Source of the DNA: Sedimentisphaerales bacterium
GTDB taxonomy: Bacteria; Planctomycetota; Phycisphaerae; Sedimentisphaerales; SM23-30
Strand: one strand, 5' to 3'
Length of the DNA stretch: 64,000 nucleotides
Assembly: GCA_963666285.1 (NCBI GenBank)
Contig: OY762711.1
Below the pieces are notes generated by a model. It made no database searches and was not told where the DNA came from. It worked only from the letters and a program-made list of their open reading frames with translations. Both the position numbers and the translations under genes were made by a program. Shown in pieces: positions 40,366 to 49,419 of the stretch (position 1 is the first letter of the stretch; each line of letters starts with the position of its first letter).

Positions 40366-42300
40366 TTACGCAAATGTTTTGTCTAATGCAGTTTGTTCGG
40401 GGCTCTTTTGTGCTATCTCATGGAAAGCTGCGTCAGAGTGGGGCAACCCGTTATAACGGTCGCCGCTCGACATGGCTTTTGTGGTGCTTTCTCTTCCGGA
40501 AAGAGTTGCCAGCAAGTCGCCAACAACCAGTTTCATTTGTTCTGCCTGGGCCGACAACTCTTCTGCCGCTGACGCTCCTTCTTCCGAACTCGCTGCGTTT
40601 GACTGGGTAACTTTGTCCATTTGTATCATTGCCCGACTTATTTGCTCGATACTCATTGTCTGTTCCTGGCAGGAAGAGTCAACCTCATTAAGCAGGCCGG
40701 CAACTTTTTCAACTGATTCTGTTATTTCTACCAGGTTCTGGTCTACTTCTTTACAGATTTCTACACCATTATTTGAGTTGGCTACCGATTCTTCGATCAT
40801 ATACGAGGTATTCCTGGCCGCTTCAGCTGATCGCATTGCCAGGTTACGCACTTCCTCGGCAACTACGGCAAAACCTTTTCCGGCCTCGCCCGCTCGCGCT
40901 GCTTCTACTGCGGCATTAAGAGCAAGCAGGTTAGTCTGGAATGCTATTTCATCAATTACTTTTATGATTTTGGATGTCTCTTCTGACGAAGCCTGAATCT
41001 TGCCGATCGCTTCGTTCATCTTCTTCATTGACTCTGTGCCTTGCCGGGCTGATTTAGTTGTTGAACTTGCCAGTACATTTGCCTGCTGGGTATTTTCTGC
41101 ATTTTGTTTAACCATAACCGCCATATCCTGGATACTTCCGGATGTCTCTTCCAGTCCGGCTGCCTGTTCGGTAGCACCTTGTGCCAGCTGTTGAGATGAA
41201 GTTGACACCTGGCCGGCAGCATCTTCTACCTGGTCGGCATTGTTGTTTAATTCTGTGATAACCTTGAATATCGGCCTGGTAATATTCATGCTCAGGAATA
41301 TACCAAATGCTATTGCAAATACCGCAATTACACCGGTTGATACTATGGTGAAAAATGTGCTGAAAGATGCTATCTCTTTGGTTTCTTCACCTTTGTTGTT
41401 TGCTTGTTCCAATTCAGCGTCAACTATCTGCTTAACAATGTTTTCAGCTATTGTCTGTGTTTTTGTGCCTTCTGTTTCAAGTAGGGTATGTAAATCATGC
41501 AGCAGGTCCTGACCTTTTACTATTTCAGTTCTAATCAATTGTATATTAGCCAGAAATTCATCTACAAGTTCGTTTAATTGTTCGGCAGCTTCCTGTGCTT
41601 TGCTCTTATCTCCTTCATTATAATAATTCTTAGAGCTTGCGATCAGGTTGTGGAATTGTTTATGTGTTGTCTTAACTTTTTCAATCGCTTCATTTAAGTT
41701 TTTATTGGTCGTTTTAGTGTTTATCAGCCACTTGCCAAAATTACAAACATCGTCTCTTTCGCCGCCTTCAAATTTAATATCGTGGCTGAGCATATTTGAT
41801 ACGTCGATTACGCGTTTGTAGTGATCACCTCTGAAAATTTCTAATTCCGTCCTGAGAGTTTCCGGGTTACCCAGATCTAATTCATGAAGAGTTTCCCGCA
41901 TTGCCATGTATCTCTCATTGACCGATCTCCACTCGTTGATAGCTGCCTTATATTCTTCAAAAAGCTTCTCTGCTTCTGAGCCTGGGGGTAAGTGTTGAGA
42001 ATAGTCTTCCATTTTTTCTTTATATGCGGTCCTCAGAGAGTCAATGTTCCCGACAATTTTATTATATTCCTCATTTGGCATACCGGGTGTTTGCAATTCT
42101 TTCATATTAACTACAAGTTTCTCCACCAGAGAGTCAATATGCATTATTGTTGTTACAGATGGTATTGTATCATCTATCAGTATTTGGGTTGAGTTTGACA
42201 GGTTTGTAATAGAGTATATCCCAACTCCGCCCAGAATTGCTGTGAGTATAGTAACAATAACAAATCCGCCGATTAGTTTTTTGCTTAATGACAGTTTCAT
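40366..42300 (-). CDS. Methyl-accepting chemotaxis protein with 4HB sensor containing a CZB-like insert
   Basis: Two TMs; [40 protein letters not shown]...CNFGKW...HKQFH. Confidence 0.93.
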   Translation of the reverse strand: MKLSLSKKLIGGFVIVTILTAILGGVGIYSITNLSNSTQILIDDTIPSVTTIMHIDSLVEKLVVNMKELQTPGMPNEEYNKIVGNIDSLRTAYKEKMEDYSQHLPPGSEAEKLFEEYKAAINEWRSVNERYMAMRETLHELDLGNPETLRTELEIFRGDHYKRVIDVSNMLSHDIKFEGGERDDVCNFGKWLINTKTTNKNLNEAIEKVKTTHKQFHNLIASSKNYYNEGDKSKAQEAAEQLNELVDEFLANIQLIRTEIVKGQDLLHDLHTLLETEGTKTQTIAENIVKQIVDAELEQANNKGEETKEIASFSTFFTIVSTGVIAVFAIAFGIFLSMNITRPIFKVITELNNNADQVEDAAGQVSTSSQQLAQGATEQAAGLEETSGSIQDMAVMVKQNAENTQQANVLASSTTKSARQGTESMKKMNEAIGKIQASSEETSKIIKVIDEIAFQTNLLALNAAVEAARAGEAGKGFAVVAEEVRNLAMRSAEAARNTSYMIEESVANSNNGVEICKEVDQNLVEITESVEKVAGLLNEVDSSCQEQTMSIEQISRAMIQMDKVTQSNAASSEEGASAAEELSAQAEQMKLVVGDLLATLSGRESTTKAMSSGDRYNGLPHSDAAFHEIAQKSPEQTALDKTFA

Positions 42301-42673
42301 ATAAAATATCTCCCAAGAACATAATTCAAGTTAAAACATTACCTGAAACCTTCATCGTAATAATTAAATTAATGCTTTATGTAGAATGCTAATATATTTC
42401 GTTCTTTTAAATGCGATTATGCTATCTGTTTGCAGTGTAAAGAGTTGTATATTAAAAATGTGTTGAAATTGTTATGGGTGATTAAATAATTATTTTTTAG
42501 CCGCATATTATTGGACTTAATATTAGTGGCGTGTTCTTAAAAATACCTGAAACGGTTTTTTTCTAAAATAATTGGCAGTTAACACAAAAATAGCTTGATA
42601 TATTATTTTTCCTGTTTATTATTTATGATTCGTTTCAATATTTTAAAGGAATTGGACCCTAACCGGAGAGACG

Positions 42674-43498
42674 ATGTCTCAAACAGATGTTCACAAAGCT
42701 GTAATTTTAGCCAGGGGACTTGGCACCCGAATGCGTAAGGCAAATGACTCTGCCGTGCTGGACGATCAGCAGGCAAAGGTTGCCGATACCGGTGTCAAAG
42801 CACTTATCCCCATAGACAGGCCGTTTCTGGATTATGTGATGCATAATCTGGCCGAGGCCGGTTATAGCGAAATATGTCTGGTTATTGGCCCGGAACATGA
42901 TCTGGTGCGTGACTATTATACCAAAGAAATCACTACCAGTCGTGTGAAAGTCAGCTTTGCAATACAGGACGAGCCTTTAGGTACCGCTGATGCTGTTGCC
43001 GCGGCAAAAGATTTTGCCGGAATGGATCATTTTATTGTGATAAATTCGGATAATTACTATCCAATAGAAGCATTAAAAGGCCTGAAAGCACTTGGCACTG
43101 TCGGGCTGGCTGGGTTTGAACGCGAAGCACTTGTTGCTCAAAGCAATATTCCGGCTGATCGAGTAACGGCTTTTGCGGTTATTGAAACTGATGAAAATGA
43201 TTTTATGACCAGCGTGGTGGAAAAACCGACCGCCGAACAACTCGCAGCTATTGCTGAACCGCATTACCTCAGCCTTAATTGCTGGAGATTTGGCCCGTCG
43301 ATATTCGAGGCCTGTGCTAAAATCGAAAAATCGACTCGTGGTGAGTTAGAGTTACCTGACGCTGTAACTTATACCCGCGAAAATATGAACGAGATGTATA
43401 AAACTGTGAAAGTACACGCCGGTGTACTTGACCTGTCTCGTCGCGAAGATATACAGGAAGTAATAAATCGCCTCAAAGGCAAAGAGGTGAATATCTGA
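42674..43498 (+). CDS. Sugar-phosphate nucleotidyltransferase (NTP_transferase family)
   Basis: AVILARGLGTRM, KALIPI, QDEPLGTADAV, VEKP, RGELEL.DAV. Confidence 0.88.
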   Translation: MSQTDVHKAVILARGLGTRMRKANDSAVLDDQQAKVADTGVKALIPIDRPFLDYVMHNLAEAGYSEICLVIGPEHDLVRDYYTKEITTSRVKVSFAIQDEPLGTADAVAAAKDFAGMDHFIVINSDNYYPIEALKGLKALGTVGLAGFEREALVAQSNIPADRVTAFAVIETDENDFMTSVVEKPTAEQLAAIAEPHYLSLNCWRFGPSIFEACAKIEKSTRGELELPDAVTYTRENMNEMYKTVKVHAGVLDLSRREDIQEVINRLKGKEVNI

Positions 43499-43526
43499 AA
43501 AATCAGAAAATACTTCAGAAAATATC

Positions 43527-43565
43527 AAGCGGCAAGACTAGTTAATTAGTTTTGTCGCTTTTTTT
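43527..43565 (+). terminator. Intrinsic terminator
   Basis: AAGCGGCAAGACTA-gttaat-TAGTTTTGTCGCTT + T run. Confidence 0.7.
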
Positions 43566-43610
43566 ATGAATAATTGTAGGTGCATTCCTATAATTCAGAA
43601 TGGATACATT

Positions 43611-45053
43611 ATGTTAGATTTAGTTAAAAACAAATGGCGAGGCCCCGGTGGCATGGCTCATGTATTGCAGATATCATTTCCTCTGATATTGAGTACATCA
43701 GCGCATACTATTAAAATGTTTACCGACAGGATGTTCCTTAGCTGGCATTCTCAGGAGGAATTTGCCGCCGGTCTGCAGGCTGGTATTACTGCTTTTTTAC
43801 TTATTTGCTTCTTTATGGGGGTAGCAGGATATGCCAATACTTTTGTTGCTCAATATACCGGTAATGGTCGGCCCGAACGGGTTGGCCCGGCTGTCTGGCA
43901 GGCAATATACTTTGCTTTGCTTGGCATCATTGCTATGGTTATTGCAATCCCACAGGCTGATTATATCTTCGATAAGATCGGTCATGATCCTGACGTACGT
44001 ATCCATGAAGTAGTTTATTTCAAACTGATTTGTATTTCATGTATACCTATGGTGGTTGGAAATGCAATGTCATGCTTCTATACCGGACGCGGAGAGACCT
44101 GGGTTGTCTTCTGGATAAATATTATATCTGCACTGGTAAATGTCGTTTTTGATTATGCGATGATTTTCGGTAGGTTCGGTTTCCAGGATATGGGTATTGC
44201 CGGTGCCGGCTGGGCAACAGTAATTTCGTGTTTTAGCACTGTATTTATGTATGGCATCATGTTTGTTCTTCCAGAAAACCGTAAAAAGTACAATACTTTA
44301 AGTGGTGCGAAGATCGATCTGGACCTCATGAAAAGACTTATCAGGTACGGCTGCCCTAACGGCATACATTTTACCCTGGATGTCGCAGGCTTTACCTTGT
44401 TTATCGCTTACGTTGGCGGATTGGGAACTGTTGAATTGGCTGCAACCAGCCTGGCTTTCCAGTTCAATCACCTGGCATTCTTCCCGATGATTGGGATGGG
44501 GATTGGCGTGACTATTATTACCGGCCAGGCTTTGGGTAAAGACCAGCCGGAGGAAGCTGTTAGGGCTGCATGGTCTGCCGGCATACTGGCTCTGGGCTAT
44601 ATGGTTCTTATGTCAATTGGTTTCCTCTTGGTGCCGGAAGTGCTTCTAAAACCTTTTGAGCATGATGCCGACATGGAAAAATTTATGCAGGTTAAACCGC
44701 TGGTAATCGTATTACTTAGGTTTGTTGCCCTATATTGCCTGCTTGATGCTGGTAACATTGTTTTTTCTGCGGTACTGAGAGGCGCCGGTGATACCAGGTT
44801 TGTTATGCTGTGCTCTCTGCTGTTATGCTGGGGCATAATGGTAATACCGACATACTTTATTACAAAATATGAATATGGACCGGGCAGGGGCTTATATCTC
44901 AGCTGGCTGGCTCTTACCGGCTTTGTCTGTCTGCTGGCTGTTATATTTTACCTGAGGTTTATTTATGGTAAATGGAAAACTATGCGGGTGATCGAACAGG
45001 CACCGCCGCTGCCGGCTTCGGCTTCGGTTGATATTCCGCCGGAACTCGAATAA
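43611..45053 (+). CDS. MATE family efflux transporter
   Basis: PLILS...FTDRMFLS, FVAQYTG, MGIAGAGWAT, LRGAGDTRF; about 12 TMs; ATG 43611 preferred because 43566 abuts a terminator. Confidence 0.9.
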   Translation: MLDLVKNKWRGPGGMAHVLQISFPLILSTSAHTIKMFTDRMFLSWHSQEEFAAGLQAGITAFLLICFFMGVAGYANTFVAQYTGNGRPERVGPAVWQAIYFALLGIIAMVIAIPQADYIFDKIGHDPDVRIHEVVYFKLICISCIPMVVGNAMSCFYTGRGETWVVFWINIISALVNVVFDYAMIFGRFGFQDMGIAGAGWATVISCFSTVFMYGIMFVLPENRKKYNTLSGAKIDLDLMKRLIRYGCPNGIHFTLDVAGFTLFIAYVGGLGTVELAATSLAFQFNHLAFFPMIGMGIGVTIITGQALGKDQPEEAVRAAWSAGILALGYMVLMSIGFLLVPEVLLKPFEHDADMEKFMQVKPLVIVLLRFVALYCLLDAGNIVFSAVLRGAGDTRFVMLCSLLLCWGIMVIPTYFITKYEYGPGRGLYLSWLALTGFVCLLAVIFYLRFIYGKWKTMRVIEQAPPLPASASVDIPPELE

Positions 45054-45125
45054 AAATGTTTCAATAGAAAAAGTGAGCGTGGGAAAGGCATCACTTAATA
45101 TATACCCTGCTATTGGTATGGGTAT

Positions 45126-45162
45126 AAAAAAAAGGGTAACTGATTCTATCAGCTGCCCTTTT
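45126..45162. terminator. Bidirectional intrinsic terminator
   Basis: A8-GGGTAACTGAT-tct-ATCAGCTGCCC-TTTT. Confidence 0.75.
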
Positions 45163-45206
45163 GTTTTCTAAATCCCGTATATTGACCAATTTTCACCCTT
45201 CGGAAT

Positions 45207-45641
45207 CTATTCACTTAATACGTGTTTATCTTTCTCAATTGCGTATAGGCCATAAGCTCTATCATCTTCTAAGATGTGATTTTTTAACCAGTCGGAAACA
45301 AGTACGGTTAGTTCAAGATAGTTTATGTGTTCATCTTGTTCCAGCATGGTTTTGTAGTTGCTTGCCTGCTCGCTAAGCAGGTAATGCTTTTGGAAATGCT
45401 TGTCGAAATCTGGATATCCAATATCCAGCATGAATTTTTCTTCGGTTACAAAATGCTCTTTGGTATATTTTACTAACTTTGGAATTGCGTCTTTTATTGT
45501 TTCTTCTTCGTTATTTTTTTTAATACCATCGTAAAGTTCATTTAAAATTTCGATGAGCCTTTTATGTTGTTCGTCAATTTTGTCAACGCCTACAGAAAAG
45601 AAATTTGACCATTGTAGTATTGGCATTTTGTTCTCCTGCAT
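45207..45641 (-). CDS. Bacteriohemerythrin
   Basis: W...FSVGVDKIDEQHKRL, HFVTEE, HFQKH, WLKNHILEDD di-iron ligands. Confidence 0.92.
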   Translation of the reverse strand: MQENKMPILQWSNFFSVGVDKIDEQHKRLIEILNELYDGIKKNNEEETIKDAIPKLVKYTKEHFVTEEKFMLDIGYPDFDKHFQKHYLLSEQASNYKTMLEQDEHINYLELTVLVSDWLKNHILEDDRAYGLYAIEKDKHVLSE

Positions 45642-45768
45642 TATTAAGTGTTACCAGATGGTATTTATGTTTCATAGTCTGTATCGTTTGAAAATTGTTT
45701 AATATTTAGAATATTGCAGAAGAATGATACATATTTTTTCGGCGTCCAATAATAACTGACGTTTAGTT

Positions 45769-46815
45769 TTATTGAGCGTATTTTTTGCTAATAACAGCTT
45801 CCCAGTTAATTGTGGCAACTGCCGCAGTTAGTCTGATAAATTCATTATTGTCCGATAAGTATCTTTTTAATATCGATTGGTCCATTTCATTACCAAAGCT
45901 GCCTATTGCCAGGATTGCCAGATGTTTGACTCTCTGGGTAACATTCTGGTCATTATACGGGTCTTTGTATTCGAGTGCCCGGTATGCCGGTACTACATCG
46001 TCTTTGCCTGCCAGGGGGCCTAATGCCCTTAGTGCTGACAACGATACTTCTATCTGCTCATCAGCAGCCAGTACAGATAACATAGCATAGCATTCCTGGC
46101 TGCCGAGCAATTTTAATGATGACACTACCAGCAGTCTGTCGTCTGCAAAACTGCTGCCGGCAAAATCCAGTAGTCTTTCTGTTACTCTTATATCGCCAAG
46201 TCGTGCCAGGGCTTCAGCTGCCTGAAGACGAATGTATGCTTTCTGGTCTGTTTTTTTCATTACAGTCCATAATTTGTCTTTGCTGTTCCGGCGTATTGGA
46301 GTATTGCCGAGTTTGCCGAGAAGCAGGCAGCTTTGGCCGGCATATCGTTCGTTACTGCTCAGCAAGGCTTTATCATACCAACGAATAAATCTTTCGCCAT
46401 CTATACCCATCTTTTCCAGGGCGTACCCGGCAGCCAGTTGCAGCATGGGCTCTTGCGATCTCCTCATGAGTTCAAGGGTGTCTCGAGTTTGTTCGATTCG
46501 CATATCGCCGGCCGCTATTGCAGCTGCAATTTTTACTGATAAGGTAGTATCTGAAAGTGACTGCTGAATTAATGTGTCGCAGCCGTCGCAATCAGCTTTT
46601 GACAGTGCTTCCATGGCGTATGTTTTGACATAAGGATCATTTGAACCGGCGGATTGTTTTATTACCTCAATTGCTTCTGCTTTTAGCTTTTCAGGGTTCG
46701 AGTACATAAGGCTTGGTATTGATACCGAATCTATAGATTTACAACCTGTTGTGAATACGCTCGATAAAAAAGTTACCAGGATGACTGTGAGAAATAGCTT
46801 GGCTTTATTCTTCAT
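45769..46815 (-). CDS. HEAT/PBS-lyase repeat lipoprotein
   Basis: TTGC lipobox; repeated 'D..VR..AA.ALG' helices. Confidence 0.8.
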   Translation of the reverse strand: MKNKAKLFLTVILVTFLSSVFTTGCKSIDSVSIPSLMYSNPEKLKAEAIEVIKQSAGSNDPYVKTYAMEALSKADCDGCDTLIQQSLSDTTLSVKIAAAIAAGDMRIEQTRDTLELMRRSQEPMLQLAAGYALEKMGIDGERFIRWYDKALLSSNERYAGQSCLLLGKLGNTPIRRNSKDKLWTVMKKTDQKAYIRLQAAEALARLGDIRVTERLLDFAGSSFADDRLLVVSSLKLLGSQECYAMLSVLAADEQIEVSLSALRALGPLAGKDDVVPAYRALEYKDPYNDQNVTQRVKHLAILAIGSFGNEMDQSILKRYLSDNNEFIRLTAAVATINWEAVISKKYAQ

Positions 46816-46875
46816 TTATATTCCTTTCTGATGTTTATGTATTTTCAGTATGTAATCGACTTTGCTGTTGTAATA

Positions 46876-47817
46876 TTATTTGCGTTTGAATGACCAGGTT
46901 AAATATTCTATAAATCCGCCCAGATGGCGAATTGCTGTTAAATGTTTGCTAAATAATTCCTGCTTATCACAATCTCTGATTATTACACTTTTAATAAGAT
47001 TTAAATAATGGATTGGGACAAGTAAACAATATTTGAGCAGCTTGTTTTTGCCCTGGTTTATCAGATCGAGACGTTTGCCAGACCTGGCATCATAATAAAC
47101 TCTTTTTTTGAACCACTCTTTGGTTAGCCGTTCGGGAGCGACTATATGGCCAACGACAGCTTTAGGTTCATATACAACCACACCGCCGTTTTCTACGATT
47201 TTATTTTGCATGTCAACTTCTTCATAGGAAAACAGCTTTTTTCCTATTCGGCCTATTTCCGTATTAAAGCCTCCAAGGTCCAGGGCCGGTTTTTTCAAAA
47301 GAGAATAGTTTAGGCCGTACATATGCTTGCTGGTTCCGACTAATGGTTCTTCGCCGTAATCTATGCGGGATAAATTTGTCTCCCATTCCGGCGAAAGCCA
47401 GTCTGGCGGGTCATGTGGGTAAATTAGATAACTTTTACCTCCTACCAGCGTGGCATTATAATTTGAAAATGCTTCTTCTACCGCCGTCAGCCAGTCTGGC
47501 TCTACTACGGCATCATCATCTATAAATGAGACAATTTCACCCTTGGCTTCGTTAAGGGCCCGGTTGCGGGCAAAACTTAATCCTTGCTTGCTCTCAAATA
47601 TATATCTTAGTTTTCCCGGCAAAATATTAGAAAACTCATTATACACTTCTTCTGTATTATCTGTAGAATTATTGTTAACTAACAGTATCTCATAATCTAC
47701 ATTACCTGAGTTTAATTTTGTTAAACTGTCAAGCACTTTTGCTAAGCACTCTGCATTGTTATATGTACATATTGCAATTGTTATCATATGTCTTTTCGTA
47801 AATTCTGCGGGATTCAA
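46876..47817 (-). CDS. GT2 glycosyltransferase
   Basis: IAICTYN, VNNNSTDNT, GLSFARN, FIDDDA, YEE. Confidence 0.9.
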   Translation of the reverse strand: MNPAEFTKRHMITIAICTYNNAECLAKVLDSLTKLNSGNVDYEILLVNNNSTDNTEEVYNEFSNILPGKLRYIFESKQGLSFARNRALNEAKGEIVSFIDDDAVVEPDWLTAVEEAFSNYNATLVGGKSYLIYPHDPPDWLSPEWETNLSRIDYGEEPLVGTSKHMYGLNYSLLKKPALDLGGFNTEIGRIGKKLFSYEEVDMQNKIVENGGVVVYEPKAVVGHIVAPERLTKEWFKKRVYYDARSGKRLDLINQGKNKLLKYCLLVPIHYLNLIKSVIIRDCDKQELFSKHLTAIRHLGGFIEYLTWSFKRK

Positions 47818-47826
47818 TTATCCGAG

Positions 47827-49008
47827 TCAGGTTGCTAAAATTTCTTCTATCTTTTTACCGATTATGTCCCAGGTATAATTGTCTTCAAAGGTTTTACGAC
47901 CGGCCTGCGACATTTGCTGTTGTTTATTCTGGTCTTCTGCCAGTTTTAGTATTTGATCGGCAAATTCCAATGGATCATCACAAATGATAATGTTATTTTC
48001 ATTTATTTTCAATCCATATGCCCCGGTTCCGGTAGAGATTACCGGGCAGCCCCTGGCAAACGACTCCAGTATTTTTAGACGTGTGCCGCCGCCCGATAAA
48101 AGCGGTACTATCATTGTTGTCCATGAATTAAACTCTTCACTGACATCATTTACAAATCCTGTATATTCAATATTTGCCCCCTTGGGCGGTGTTATGGAAT
48201 CTGATACCTTACCTACTACCCTCAAAATTGTATCCGGTCGTTTTTCCAATACTTTGGGCCATACTTGATCAATAAACCAGCTGAGCCCTTCCAGGTTTGG
48301 CCGGTATTCCAATATTCCAATAAATCCGATACGCAATTGAGCTGCTTTGGTGTCACTTCTATTTGGGGCCGGAATATTTTCAAATCCATTTGGTATTATA
48401 TATGTCTTTTCATTAATTTCGGGAAAACGCTCTGCCAGGTATGATTTATCTTTTTCGCTGCATAATCCGATCATGGAAAATTTTCTTAATGCCGATATTT
48501 CAGCCTTTTCCCATTTCTTTATTATGCATTTATTGGCTATATGCTGTCTTATGCCTGTTCTTTGCTTGTTGAGCATATCCCACTTTAAATGGTTAAGGTC
48601 ATCCAGGTCGATAATTGCTTTTTCACTGCCAAAATATCTGAATCTTGCTGCTGGTAATAAAGTTTCATACCAGATCAGGTCATAATCTGCTGCCATCTCC
48701 TCAAATCGCTTCTGGTCATTGCTGTTCACTGGTTTAGTCAGCTGGCCGGGCCAATGCTGCCAAAACTTATGAGACAGTTTATCTATTGGCGTTCCCGGTT
48801 TGGGGCCTGAAATGGTAAATTTTGTTATTTCGCCCAGCTCTTTTGATGAGGATTCATATCTGGTGTCCTGAAATTCTTTTTCTGCGCATACAAGTACGGT
48901 TTTTACCTGGTTATATCTGCCAAGTTGTCTGCCGATATTCAAAGTCCGCAGGTGTACTCCGGCATAAGCCGGACAAGGTAATTTGTCAATTACATATAGT
49001 ATTTTCAA
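47827..49008 (-). CDS. GT4 glycosyltransferase
   Basis: FIG.L.YRPNLEGL.WF, PLLSGGGTRLKILESFA.G.PVIST. Confidence 0.9.
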   Translation of the reverse strand: MKILYVIDKLPCPAYAGVHLRTLNIGRQLGRYNQVKTVLVCAEKEFQDTRYESSSKELGEITKFTISGPKPGTPIDKLSHKFWQHWPGQLTKPVNSNDQKRFEEMAADYDLIWYETLLPAARFRYFGSEKAIIDLDDLNHLKWDMLNKQRTGIRQHIANKCIIKKWEKAEISALRKFSMIGLCSEKDKSYLAERFPEINEKTYIIPNGFENIPAPNRSDTKAAQLRIGFIGILEYRPNLEGLSWFIDQVWPKVLEKRPDTILRVVGKVSDSITPPKGANIEYTGFVNDVSEEFNSWTTMIVPLLSGGGTRLKILESFARGCPVISTGTGAYGLKINENNIIICDDPLEFADQILKLAEDQNKQQQMSQAGRKTFEDNYTWDIIGKKIEEILAT

Positions 49009-49320
49009 TTACTGTTACCCTTGTATTGGTAGGCCCAATTACTAGCTGTTTGCTATAAATAACTCTAATCGGCATGGAAGGCCGGAACACAATATACTTT
49101 AATTTAATGAAAATTCACTTATTTGAGCTTACAAAAATGCTAAAAAATTTTCCAACTTAAAACACTTAACGTAAGTTCTTTATTTTCAATGTGTTGCATG
49201 TAGAGAGTTTTTGCCGTATCCTACCTTATTCCTGTAGTCCTGAAAATTTATTGTTTGACATATTCTTCAAGCTTTGATATTTGCCTTAGTCCTGATATTG
49301 ATTTAATAATGATAAAAATG

Positions 49321-49347
49321 TAAACTCAGTTTCTTTTTTGCCGATAG
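49321..49347 (+). promoter_or_regulatory. Sigma-28 (FliA)-like promoter upstream of topA
   Basis: TAAA-N15-GCCGATAG. Confidence 0.5.
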
Positions 49348-49419
49348 CAAAAGAGAGTTTGATGATTATAACGATTATAATAGACCGATAACTATCGGAT
49401 AAGTGAGAGATAATTGAAT

